In this document: positions 48,500 through 61,362 of the stretch, piece after piece | How positions within the stretch are numbered: position 1 is the stretch's first letter | Layout of the letters: every line of letters begins with the position of its first letter | Source: Octopus vulgaris | Lineage: Eukaryota | Direction: 5' to 3' | Assembly (NCBI GenBank): GCA_951406725.2 | Contig: OX597814.1 | Coordinates: forward strand, 186,496,001 to 186,560,000 | DNA length: 64,000 nt | Notes under the pieces: model-generated | What the model was told of the DNA's origin: nothing | Seen by the model: only the letters and a program-made list of their open reading frames with translations | Database searches by the model: none | Translations under genes and position numbers: made by a program

Positions 48500-50150
48500 T
48501 TTGCAGGCCCCCTGAATCCAGTAATATCAATGTGTTTGAAAATTATAGCAAGAGTGAGCACACAGCATGACTGTGTATTAGAAGTTGAAATATATTGGTG
48601 TGCAACACCTAGCTAATCAGTTGGATGGCTTTCTTTTGGATGCAACCAGGAATATTCCTTGTATGCAGTAGCAGAAGTGAAAGCAGTGAGTTTCATTTGA
48701 ACACTGTAGAAGTTTGGCAATTGTTTGAAGTTGAGGTAAATACTTCCTGTTAGTGAAGAAGATTACTAGTCACTAAGGCATAAATTTTGTTATATTATAA
48801 ATATGAAACTACCAGGAGAAATTATTAGTATTTGTTGTGACTTTGAAAGTTTTAGACTTGAGGGGATTGGGTACAAGATTGTTTTCTTGATATGTGCAGT
48901 GTTTGTGAAACAACATTTGTCATGTTTCTGTTGGAGAAGGCTTTTGATGTCTCTGTTCAATAAGATAGTAACTTCAATATGAAGCATCTTTGTGTTAAAG
49001 ATTAGGAGAGATGACTCATGTCATCTACATACAAGTTATTAGAGATGACAGCAAATATTCTGTTGATGTGCATGAGGAAGAGTGTGGAAGATATAACCAA
49101 AACTTGGAGAGTACCAGAGTTAATAGAGTGTGATCAGACAGAGAGTGCCCTAAAAACACACATTCTAAGGGTGAGATTTAACAGGAAGCTTCTGATAAAA
49201 GAAACAAGAGATAGATGGGTTCCGTAGAAGGAAAGCTTGGGATCATTTTTTTTTGGTCAAGTGTGTGTAATGTTTAGTAAGATGTAAAGTGAGAAGCAAA
49301 TGTAGAAACTTTCTCTATAGGACTAGTGTTTATGGAACCATCATGGTTGAGAGATGGAAAGTTAGATAAAATTAGTATAGATCTTCCAAGAAAATTAGTT
49401 ACATTTAGAAAACTAGAAGATGGTTTTGGCTACATACTTAACTCTCTTAGGTGGATCAAGGGTGAAGCACACATATTGTTAGGGACAGTTAGCATAGAAT
49501 TGGCAGCAAATTTCACTAGTTAGCTGACTTGAAATACCATAGGGTTTGAGAAGTAGGAGGGTTATGTAGTTTGTGGATATATATGGCAGGTAGTCATGAT
49601 CAGGTAGTAACCGGGTGATCTGATATATGCAGAGATGGTGGTAGTTTGATGAAGGATGCATTTGGAAATGAGAAAAAGATCAGGAGTGTCAGGAATGTAT
49701 GTGTGTAATCAGTGGTATATATTTCTTTACTACCCACAAGGGGCTAAACACAGAGGGGACAAACAAGGACAGACAAACGGATTACGTTGATTACATCGAT
49801 CCCAGTGCATAACTGGTACTTAATTTATCGACCCCGAAAGGATGAAAGGCAAAGTCGACCTCGGCGGAATTTGAACTCAGAACGTAACGGCAGATGAAAT
49901 ACGGCTGCACATTTCGCCCGGCGTGCTAACGTTTCTGCTAGCTCGCCACCTTTGTGGTATATGTAGGTGATGAAAAGAATTGTGGAAGAGTATTAAGAAC
50001 TGCAAAAGATTCAGCTTTTGCACCAACTGCATCAATATAGGGTTAGTGGGAAAGCCAAGAAGAAACCGGCACACTGAAGTTTCAGACACTGTTGACACCA
50101 TAGACAGGTGAAATGAGATAAATGTCCTCAAAGCAAGATGGAAAATGGTC
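48500..50150 (-). mobile_element. Decayed CR1/L2-like LINE RT region, interrupted by a SINE
   Basis: Minus strand KLSFYGTHLSLVSFIRSFL (~49170-49240) and LYVDD (~49021-49035). Boundaries approximate. Confidence 0.55.
49721..49953 (-). mobile_element. SINE family C, full length, 9-bp TSD
   Basis: TSD gtggtatat at 49712-49720 and 49954-49962. Confidence 0.9.
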
Positions 50151-50637
50151 AAATAGTTGTGATGATTGGAGAAGTTTCAGCCAATGTAACTGAAAGTTCT
50201 TGTTATTATAATGGTGAGATAAGTGAGGAAGGACATTCTACACAGGTGCTATACAAACTATCAGTTTGAATATAATACAACCTGCAGTTGGGCAGTAGAT
50301 AACAGATTAGAGGTTGGTTTTTCAGACAGAAATGAAGTTTGTGGTTTGTATATGAATTTGTGACAAATGCTGGGCTCCAAAAAAAAGCATGTGCAAATCC
50401 ATGTCACTCCCACCCATACCAGCATGGAAAACAGACATTAAAGGATGATTTTGATGACGATAATCAATATATATATATATAAAACATAAAGATATAGATA
50501 TAAAGACAGACAGATAGGTAGATATAGTTAATCAAATATATTCAATAAGAATAAAGTGTACTGGATTTCAGTACACTTGTATGAGAAATGTCTAAAACCT
50601 TAAAATGTATTTAGAGATTCAATTAGAGTGATTATAC

Positions 50638-50865
50638 ATTAGAAAGTAAAAGCAGGAAAAATTACATCAAAAAATCACATATATATCTAATATATCCATA
50701 ATATAAATAATATTACATTAATTGATAAATATATGAAGCAAGATTATTTAAAAAGGCTTTAAATAATCATACTTTATATATTTATCAATTAATACAATAT
50801 TATTTATATAGATGTATATCTAATGTGATTTTTTGATGTAATTTTTTCTGCTTTTACTTTCTAAT
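50638..50865. repeat. AT-rich fold-back with ~110-bp arms
   Basis: attagaaagtaaaagcag..aattacatcaaaaaatcacat / atgtgattttttgatgtaatt..ctgcttttactttctaat, loop near 50752-50758. Confidence 0.9.
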
Positions 50866-51516
50866 AAATAAATAGATAGATAGACAGACAGAAGAGAGAG
50901 ACAGAGAGAAAGAGAAACAGAGAGACAGAGACAGAGAGAAAGAGAGACAGAGAGAAAGAGAGACAGATAGAAAGATATACACATGCACACACATTTTTAT
51001 TTATACACACACATTCACACACATGCACACACTCATACATATATACTTATGTATAGAGATACACAATTTATATGCATACATGCACATCCACACAACCATC
51101 CCAGCTGAGGGGAGAATTCAGAGTAAACTGTCAACTTCTGATATAATAAACATCGCTATTTACTCTACCCAGTGTATTGCATTCTATATAATATAATGTT
51201 TGCATTATGTAAAATTTATTTTAATATACTTCACAATTTTTACATTATGTTACACACATACACACACACATTTATATGCATATGCATTTTTATATACATA
51301 TCACTATGTATGTATGCATAAACATTTAATCAAACACACACATACACACACACACAATCTAACCCAAGCTTGGACAACTTGAATTACATTGTGGGCCACT
51401 TTAATCACAGAAAGTTTTTGGAGGGCTGAAAGTTTTTGACAGAATTGAAAGCATTTTGCTTTTTCATGCTAGTATTACAATAATGAATGAATGATCATTG
51501 ATTCAACATGAAATAT

Positions 51517-51679
51517 ATATTTCTTTATTGCCCACAGTGGGGGCTAAACAGAGAGGAGACAAACAAGGATGAAAGGCAAAGTCGACCTCAGTGGAATTTG
51601 AACTCAGAATGTAACAGCAGATGAAATACCGCTAAGTATTTCGCCCGGCATGTTAACAATTCTGTCAGCTTGCCGCCCT
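51517..51679 (-). mobile_element. SINE family C with internal deletion, 16-bp TSD
   Basis: TSD attcaacatgaaatat at 51501-51516 and 51680-51695. Confidence 0.9.
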
Positions 51680-51729
51680 ATTCAACATGAAATATTATCA
51701 TTGCAAAAACAGTAGTAACTTTTTCATTC

Positions 51730-52015
51730 ATTTATTTAGCGCCCGCTTTCCATGCTAGCATGGGTTGGACGGTTCAAGTGGGGGTCTGGGAAACCAGAAG
51801 GCTGCACCAGGCCCAGTCTGATCTGGCAATGTTTCTACGGCTGGATGCCCTTCCTAACGCCAACCACTCCGTGAGTGTAGTGGATGCTTTTTACGTGCCA
51901 GACGGGGCTGGCAAACGGCCACAGTCGGATGGTGTTTTTTACGTGCCACCGGCATGGGGGCCAGGCGAGGCTGGCAACAGCCACGATCGGTTGGTGCTTT
52001 TTATGTGCCACCAGC
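51730..52015 (-). mobile_element. Family B RTE 3' UTR copy
   Basis: Family B core and three tandem units. Confidence 0.85.
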
Positions 52016-52470
52016 CTTTTTTACTTTTCCTTACAATCTTTAATTTTTGATAAACTTCTAAAAATGTTTGTTTAAATAAACTCATTTCAAGAAAGTATCA
52101 AGCAGGCCGCAAGATAAAAGTCTGTGGGCCACATGCAACCCGCAGGCCTCAGGTTGGCGAGCCCTGATCTAATCTATACCAGCATGAAAAAGTGAATGTA
52201 AAACAATTATGGTATCAATTTGGGTTTACTCAATGTATATTTATAGTGTGTAATACATTTAGTTTTATAAAGTAGGTGATTTATTCTGTAACTCAAACAA
52301 AATTATTCTTGTCACCTAAATGAATGGTCATATTCCAGAAACTCCAAATAATGACAGGGTAAATCACCAGTTTCATACAGACATATATGTTTGTTTTCTT
52401 TTCACATTAAATTGATGTATAATCACCACAACATATCTCCACAGTATTTAAGAGCTCAATTATTAACACA

Positions 52471-52720
52471 TCTATAATAATAAAAGTGCAATTCTGTCTG
52501 TCCGTCTGGGACCCATGTATCTCAGTCTACATTTGTTCTACATAGACATATTATACCTTTTTTGGAATCAAGATGATCCCGGGATTGAAAATCTGCCCTT
52601 CATTTGGTTCTTGAACATCCAGCATTGAGATCAGGTCTGGATGAGGATTTGTTATATGCTAACAGTTGAAAATTCAAATTTAAAAAAAAGTCCAAAAATT
52701 TCTGAACTTACAAGTTTTCA
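52471..52720 (+). mobile_element. Helitron-like 5' end (3' end not found)
   Basis: a|TCTATAATAATAAAAG..ctgtctgtccgtctg, as in H1/H2. Confidence 0.5.
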
Positions 52721-53309
52721 TTTAAACTGAATTTAAAGTAATACCATATCAGTAGGGTATCAATTAATGCTCCCTTTAGTTTGGAGCTGAAGGCCCAATT
52801 AGCCCTTTGCAGGAGCTAGCTCAAAAGTCAGCAGGATTGCAGCTTCTAAGCTAGCTGTTAATAAATTAATAAATTAATACAATGAAATAAACATTGGTGC
52901 AATAAATTTCAATGTATCTGAAAAACTGGTTAAAACAGTAGTTGAGGGCAACATGTTTAGGACAGTAAAAAAGTAGATATTTCGCAGGTGATTCGTAATT
53001 AAATTATGAATTACCTGTGAAATTTCTGCTTGTCAGCTCTTTTTTTATTATACATATAATATTATATACATATTTCCAAATACATCTTGCAAAGGGAAAA
53101 GTTAAGAAGTTTTTTTCTAATGTTCTCTCAACTGCAATGTAATGGGGAAATAAAAAAAAAAAATTGTTGGTAGAAATTGCATAGCGAGTGATAGTGGCAC
53201 ACTCATTCTCACTGATATTGAGACAAAAGAGGGATGGAATCAATACTATGTGTAGTTGCTGAATGAAGAGAATGTATAAGAAAAAGAAGAGTTATGCCAA
53301 GTTGATTGC

Positions 53310-54720
53310 TACACAGTAAGAACCATTAAGGATATGAAGGAAGGGAAAGTAGTTAGTCCATTATGGATTGTTGTTGAGACACTAAAAATAACTCGCAAAG
53401 TAGGGCATGCACTGGTTACTTGCATAGTCAGTCATGAGGTGCAGGAAGGGTTTTATCCTCTACTGGTGGCATATTGATATCATTGTGACCTACTACAAAG
53501 ACAGGACTACAGAGGTGTTAAACTGATGGACTATATCATGAAAGCATCAGAGAGATCCAAACTAACCAAGGAAAGAACTAACTTACATGATGTGCTGTTT
53601 GAATTTGTGCCAGGATGTGGAACCACTAAGTCCTTTTTTTTTTTTGTGAGGCAACTGCACAAGAAGTCCTCAGTAAAAACAGACCATTATACTGAGCACC
53701 GATTGACTTGAATTTTTTTTTATGGAGTCTCCTATTCTGTTGTCTGATGACTACTAAGGAAACAGGACTAGGATATGACATTTACTGAAAGATTGATAGC
53801 ACAACTGATTAGGGAGAGAATTAGCCTGGATGTGATGCAGTTCATTTCTGTGTTGAGTAAAGTTTCTACTCATGTCTTTTTCCAAATGAGACAGCTGCAA
53901 GAAAAAAAACAACTACAAAATAAACTAAAAGTAAACTGCTGCACTGAGCATTTGTCAACCTTGAGAAGGGGATGATGGGATAATCTAGTGGTTGCTAAGG
54001 AAACTAGGAATAGATGGATGGCTTATGAGGGCTGTACAAGCCAAATACAAAGGTGTAATCAGCAAGGTGAGAATAATGAGTATAGTACACATGGGATCAG
54101 TTTTCAAATCCCTTCTATTTATCATACATTTCCAAGCCATAACAGATGAGTTTTAACACTGGTTGTCTATCAGAACTTCTACATGAAGATGTTCTTATAG
54201 CTAAAACTTCAGTAAAATTAGAGAAATTCTGGACATGGAAGTAAAACCAAGAATCAAAAAGGCCTCAAAGTAAATTAAGCATAGGCTACGATATTAGTAA
54301 GAAAAGACAAAACTCTTGTACCATCAAGGAAATAGCCTTACTCAGATTGCAGAACTATAGACTAGGTAGAAATTTATTGAGTGCACTTGGAGTAAATTAT
54401 GGATACACAACAGACATAATAGAGTCAGAGGCAGGCTAACAAGGAAGTAGGCTTTATATGCAGTATATGATCAGGAGCAGTAAATTTTAAGAGCACACCT
54501 GAAAAAGATTCACTCAAATACTTTGAGAATTCTCAAGAAATAGTTGATAGTATTTGCTACTTAGATGATCTAATTAATGGTGGAGGTAGGTGCTCCAAAA
54601 GCATAGTAGCCAGAATAATAATGCACTACAGAAGTTCAAGGAGCTATTAACTACTTGTAACAAAAGGTTTCTCTCTGAAAGTGAAGAGGAGACTTTATGA
54701 TGTTAGTATTATTGACTTTT
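53310..54720 (+). mobile_element. Decayed RTE LINE ORF (RT region)
   Basis: IKDMKEGKVVS, RGVKLMDYIMK, FEFVPGCGTT, GSVFKSLLFII, ICYLDDLINGGGRCSKSIVARI. Multiple stops and an internal duplication. Confidence 0.8.
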
Positions 54721-55989
54721 TTTTGGTCATTGGTCAATGGTATTTCAGAGACTTAACTTTCTCTGTTGTACCTGGGTTGTTTCCTGAAACAAGTGCCTAG
54801 CCCCCAAGTATACTTGCCACCACTCTATTTAGTGATGCAACACAATGAAAAGAGAAGTCAATATGTTTGCAGCATCCATGGAACTACAGAAAATGCCAGA
54901 TATCAATTAAGTATAATCATTCACATTGCTTTGGATTCCCTCCCTCCAGATTTTCTGTTGGAGTTTACTCCCTTAATCTTTTTGAACACTCAATAAATTA
55001 CTCCACAAGGCAGCAGGGGTTTACTATTACAGTGGGTATGGTTTGTGCAGTATCAGTCTTACTCTCTCTCATCTGTCAAACTTGAACTGTTCTGGTGCAA
55101 CATGTGCCATGACCCCAGTAATTAACAGAATGCAGGACTTGTATGGGGTTATCTTCTCTTAGATGAGCAACGAAAAAGCTACAGAACCTTATCTACCCTG
55201 GTTTTGTTGGAGTATCTGTAAGTGACTATCTTCTAGAAACAATTCCATGACATGCTAATTAACCTACAGCTGGGATTATTACTTCAGATCTGAATAGACA
55301 TGGGAACAAAAGTGACTAAGAAGTGGTTCCACACTCCTCCAAATCCTGGACTTCCTGAACCAGGGCCCCACTACCAGATGCAATTTAAAGTCATACCCAG
55401 GATGTTTGTATACCAAGTATAATACTGAATGGTAAGTGAGATGTGAACTCTAAATGCAGAGGATTTGTGAAGACTAAAGGGAAAGGAAATAAGCATGTAT
55501 GCTTGTTTCATTGTTGGATATGCAATAATATGTATATGTATGAAAGAGTACTAATAAGCAAAGAGGAAATCTGTGCATAAGAGTAATGAAATGCAGTGAG
55601 TTAAAGAAGACTAGCATGGGAATGTGATGCATATAGAGAACGACAGCTTTATAAAGTGTAGAGCACTCAAAATTGATGAAACTAGTGAAAAAGGTAAACC
55701 TATTATGACCTGAGATGAAGTGATGTAGACTGATTTCAAGATGCTGAGCTTTGCAGAGATGACATAATCATAAGTGGTGACAAATGGTAGCAGTAGTGAT
55801 AGAGGTTGAGATGAATATCTTTATGTTTAGGTTTACTCTCTTATGTTCCAGTTACGACTCCATCTACTACTCTCCCTCATCTATCAAACACTCTCTCTCC
55901 TATTCACAGTATCATAACATCTGTATAACAAGGGATGGCACTGAATTTGCGGTAATATTCAATCTCTAATATCATTATTCTTCTTTACT

Positions 55990-56588
55990 GCTGTGGCCTA
56001 TGCCAGTGGTGTAACCAACCCACTTAGGCATACCTTTCTTTCATTGGACACTAAACTCTACTTGCAAAGACCTGTTGAGGCAAGTGAAATCAAGATCAAA
56101 TTCGATGACAGCACCGCATGACTGGCATGACTGGCATCCATGCTAGTGGAGCACTAAGAGCACCATTCAAGCATGATCATTGCCAGGGCCGCTGACTAGC
56201 CCCCATTCCGGTGGTACATAAAAAGCACCATTCGACCGTGATCATTACCAGTGTCGCCTTACTCGCACTTGTGCCGGTGGTACATGAAAAACAACATCCG
56301 AGCGAGAGCATTGCTAGTGCCACTGGACTGGCTCCTGTGCAGGTGACACGTAAAAACACCATTTGAGTGTGGCTGTTGCCAGTACCGCCTGACTGGCCCT
56401 CATGCCGGTGGCACATAAAAGCACCCACTACACTCTCAGAGTGGTTGGCATTAGGAAGGGCATCCAGCTGTAGAAACTCTGCCAAATCAGATTGGAGCCT
56501 GGTGCAGCCATCTGGCTCACCAGTCCCCAGTCAAACCGTCCAACCCATGCCAGCATGGAAAGTGGATGCTAAAGGATGACGATGATGA
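55990..56588 (+). mobile_element. Family B RTE 3' UTR copy with five tandem units
   Basis: Collinear with the reverse complement of 29496-29995; (GAT)n tail. Confidence 0.88.
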
Positions 56589-57659
56589 GTTTCTGCTTGT
56601 GTTAAGTTTAGGAAATCAGCTTGAATGCAGATTTCTTCAACTTAACAAAAGTAGAAATTGGTTTTGGAAAAAAAAAAGTTTCAATGTCCTTATAAGTATC
56701 CTGAAACCTTTCCAATATATTCCTTGAAAGTGTGTTGTGTGTTCATTATAATGAGCAGAGGATCCAAAAAAGGCACATCATTATAAAAATATGGCTATTA
56801 TATTCAACCACTGCTGCTTTAAGGTTCAAATTAAGACCACTGATATTTTTACAGTAATTCTAGAATTATTCTAGAATCAATGTGAGAAAATCACAGTTCA
56901 ATTCTAGTGCACACAAATTTTACTAAGTATCATCTTAAATACACTGAGACAATATATCAAAAAGTAAGAGCTATAAATAAGATTTTTGCTTTTTTGACCA
57001 GAATCTACCTGGTCAGTATAAAACAAGCCTGTTTTTCTCGTTTCAGATTATTATAGTGTAATTTTACCTCTGATACTGACCACAGTAATCAGAATTAAGG
57101 GTGGTAGGACTGTGTTTTCAATAAAGTATGAACACTAACTACTAAGGCTGAAGGGACCAGATACCTTACATGATGAAATCAAGATATGAAAACTATCTGC
57201 CCATGGTGAACTACTTCAAAAAGTAGCTGATAACAAACTGATTGCCTACAGAGAATGGCAATAGATGGCTTTGTAACACAATTGGTAAGAAGTTATCAGG
57301 TACAAAATTTGAAAACATCCAGAAGAAAAGTAGGAAAGAAGTATTAAAAAACAAAAGAAAGAATATATCTCCCAGCCAAGTCTATAATTGCTTAATCTGC
57401 TTCAGAGTTAGAAAATACAGAATCAATTTCTACTGTAACCAGAAAATCTTGGTACCAAGGACAGACATCTGGTTAATCTTCAAATGCAAATAGCTTCCAC
57501 CATAGCAACGGATTAACAGTTAAAAAAATATGAATACACACATACACTGACATAGGAATACAAATAGGCATAGAGAAAGAAAGAATTTTCAAATATTCCA
57601 CACATTTCCAATTAAAAAATATAAATTTGCAAATGAAACAATATTTTGGCTATACTCAC

Positions 57660-60618
57660 ATCCTGGTCCTAAACAACTACAGTCTGGAATGTCTACTTTT
57701 ATATTTCCTTTGAGTCGATTAAATAAATTAGCACCATCATCATTTTCTTTCATATTGTCATTTTGAGAATTTTGGGGTAAAGTATCTTCCTGAGGTTCTG
57801 TTTTCACTTGGGGATTAGATTCCATTTTGCCCTCGTAACATGAATTTTTCTTAGTATCAGCAGAATATTTGTTATTAAAGATATGTTTAACAGTGGAATT
57901 AAAAGCATCTGAAATTTTTGCCATTTTCTCACTAGGAATTTTGGTATTTTTGGGACAAGAATTAAGGAAAGCACTTTGAAAATTACTGTCAGTAAAATTT
58001 GAATTATTTATTGAAAATTTATATTTAACATCTGAAGATAATGGATTTCCATGTTTGTCTGTTTCAATTTTTATATTATTCAGTTTAAATTGTGTATTAT
58101 TGTCAGGGGATATTTCTGGTGTACATGCATAGAGTGGTTTTAAATCACTATTGGTAATAGAGCCAGCAGCAGCAGCAAGCTTTACTTTATCCATACACTG
58201 AGATTTTGGCAATGATTGGCTGGAAATATGTGCACTTGAACTAGAAGGATGAATTGTTTGGTAATTATTTACAGAATGAGAAGATGGTACAGTCATTTGA
58301 TTTGAAGACATACTCATCAGAGAGTTCTTTGAATTTGAGCTAAAAGTATCCCGAAATGTAGGCAAAGGGACTAATGAAACAGGTTTTAAGGATGAAGATG
58401 TTGCCACATCAACAGAAGAGTCAATATCAGAAACTGGTTCAGTTTTTACCTGAATCATATTAGCATTTCCCTCAGTGAATGGCTGCCAAAGAGATTTCCT
58501 ACTGCTGCCAAAGTATTGTTGGTCAGATAGGAAATCCTCTTTTTTGATTGAAGCAGGCACCATATTTTTAACAACTTCTTCATATGAAGGAGGCTTTGGG
58601 TATGGGGGTGGAGGAGGTGGAAAAGTACTGTAAGTTCGGTGATTGGATTGATTGGATAATGTACTTGAACTATAAGAAGTTTTGTTGGCAGCACAGGTAT
58701 AAATGCTAGAAGTATACTGTGGAGTAACTATATTAGATGCAGAACAAACATGATCACTCATAGATTTAGCACTAATCAATGGCATTCCAAGCAAATGATG
58801 TGGTAAATATCGATGCTGTTTAATATTATCAGTTTTTAATTTTGAAGCATGCTCTGGAAACGAGACTGCTACATTGTGATCTCCCATTTGTATATTACCA
58901 TATCTTGAAGAGGCATGGGAACCATATTGTACATTAGAAAGGTTGCTGTGAGCTTTTGGAGGAAATCGTACTTTATTATACTGCATATATTCAGGTTGTT
59001 GTTGAAGAGGATTTGTAGAAGCAATATTGGCAGGCATTGTTGTAAGGTTCATAGCATTTGGTAGAGGATCAAACGCTGATAACTGAAGCTGACTGTTGAA
59101 CATAGAATCATTTAATGCGGATTGCATTCTGTGTTCAGCTGAAAGCATTCTGTTATCAGGGGGTAGATTTTTCAAAGAACTTCTGGATTTTGTTACTTTT
59201 ATCTGACTTCTGTATGATGGAGATTTTACAGTTCTTGGTTTTGATGCAGTACCAGACCTAGCTGACACCCTTGGCTGGTTAAGTTTTGCTCTTTCATTAT
59301 ACTGTGAGCTATCAGGCACCCAAGTTGATGAATTATGAATATCTGAATTAACTGAATTAATAACAACATTTTGAGCAGGTGATAAAATATTTTGAGCTAA
59401 GTCATCTTTTGAAGATCCTGAATGAGAAGATGACTCATGACTGTAACTTCTTGCAATACACTGACTGTCAGATAATATGACATTTGAATCAGTTTCTTCT
59501 TTTCTATACATTTGAGAAGTGTTTCCTGATTTATCATAACAATATGGTAAATTGGAAGTAGGTTTCATAATTTGATCATTCATGGATAGAGTCTTACTCA
59601 GATCATTACAACTAGTTGAGACATTGCTTACAATAACAGAGTCTACATTATTTGTTTTACTAGTTTCTATTAAAGTTTTATCAACATTTGAATTACTAGA
59701 GCACAATTGTGTCCGGTCGATAGACATATCAACTGGCGCGATTGGAGAAAGGACTGATGAGCTAGGACTCTGTAACATAACAGTAGTCACAGCTGGCCAT
59801 GATGATGGAGGTATGTGGGATGAAGAAGAAGAAGAATTTTCTGAATGAGAAATTTTCAGTCGCTTAGATTTCAACATGTCATCAGTGTTGAGACTTTTTC
59901 TAGATTCAGATAATTGGCATAGCATATTTAGAGGGTTCTTTCTAACAGATTCTTCAGAAATTTCATTACACAACATATTTTCATATGATACAGAAGGAGG
60001 CAATGACTGTGCCACATGGGGAGTCATTTGACTACTTACAGCTGCAGAGTTAGATTGCTTTGAGATCAGGCTTTGTTCACAGCTGGTGTTAACTTCTAAA
60101 TTCTCTCTTAGAGGAACCATCACATCTGAATCTGGAGAATAGCCTTTTTCACTGAGAAAACCATTGTCAAAAGTTCCAGTTCTGGGATTACAAGATATTT
60201 GATTTAAATGTAAATTATTTCCTTCTTGAACATCATCAACATTTTTCTGATGAGTGTCAGCAAAACTATTGGTTATATTTTGCAACTGGTTACTATTAAC
60301 ACATTTTAATTCAGTAAATGCATATCCCTGAGATTGTAATGTCTTTTGATGGTTCATCTCTGGTTGAATGGACTGGAGTTCATTATTAATATGGCTGCTT
60401 TCCATTTCAGAGTTCTTTTCAGTTGAACAGCAGGATGAAGAAACAATACTGTTGTCACAATTATCCTTGATTGATAATGTTGTTCTTGGGGACTGCATAG
60501 ATTCAGCTTCCTGAGTTTGATTTTGAAAAACATCACTGTTAAATAACTGAGACTTTGGAACATTTGAAACTGCATCCTCTGGGAGATTATCCTGTGCTGT
60601 TCTTAATGTTTTATGTAC
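57660..60618 (-). CDS. TET: TET dioxygenase, large internal exon (2959 bp): low-complexity N-terminal region and start of the Cys-rich domain
   Basis: Acceptor ttttcag|GTACAT at 60618, in frame with and 40 codons upstream of the 969-aa ORF. Ends ...IPDCSCLGPG T|gtgagt at 57660 (phase 1). The P-x-C-x-C start of the TET Cys-rich domain continues in the next exon. Confidence 0.9.
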
Positions 60619-61272
60619 CTGAAAAATTAAAATGTAAATATAAGTTTTCTTTCAAAATAGCATGTCATAACACAAGTATTATTGTCAGCATTTTGCCTCT
60701 TTTAGCTCATTCTTTTTGTATGTTACAGATATGCAGTGCAATATAACATGATATCGGCAAATAATGCCTACAGCTTGGTCTAAATTTATTCTTAAAACAG
60801 TATTTTGTTTCAAAATCTGATAATCCTTAGGCTAGTTCAAAACTGAAATTTAATGATTACATATGATCTGTGTACAGAAAATGTGAATGTACTCTCTCTC
60901 TCACACTCTCTCTCTTTCTGTCACACACACAAACAATGTGGGTGTATGGATTTGCTTGAGAAAAAAAGCTTAAATTGCTCAATATAGACCTATATATGAA
61001 TGGCACCTGTTATTAGTATAGAATATAATGCAATGTTTAGTTACAAAAACAGAGTGTCTTTTCACTATGATCACCATGTAAACTTTACAGATATGAAACT
61101 GAACAAGTGAAGAGACAGTAGCACAGCAGTAATTTACTTTGAAATTAATAGGAAAATGTGAGCTCATTTTCCATATCAGTGTTTTCTTTCAATAATTTAT
61201 TCCTGTTTGTTTAAATAGTCTTATATGATATATTACAATATTTGAAAAATCATTAATAAATTTACAACAATG

Positions 61273-61287
61273 ACTACTACTACTACT

Positions 61288-61358
<71 letters not shown>
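61273..61358. repeat. (ACT)n/(AAT)n microsatellite
   Basis: Direct reading. Confidence 0.95.

Positions 61359-61362
<4 letters not shown>

Larger units (their letters stand above)
51365..52166. mobile_element. hAT MITE containing two nested retroelements
   Basis: Ends caagcttggacaac / gttggcgagccctg. 8-bp TSD atctaacc / atctaatc. Confidence 0.7.

Noticed and set aside
56138-56425. Regularly spaced ~25-bp repeats with variable spacers, resembling a CRISPR array
   Set aside because: Eukaryotic context, no cas genes, spacers are homologous to each other, and the array is internal to a multicopy LINE 3' UTR.
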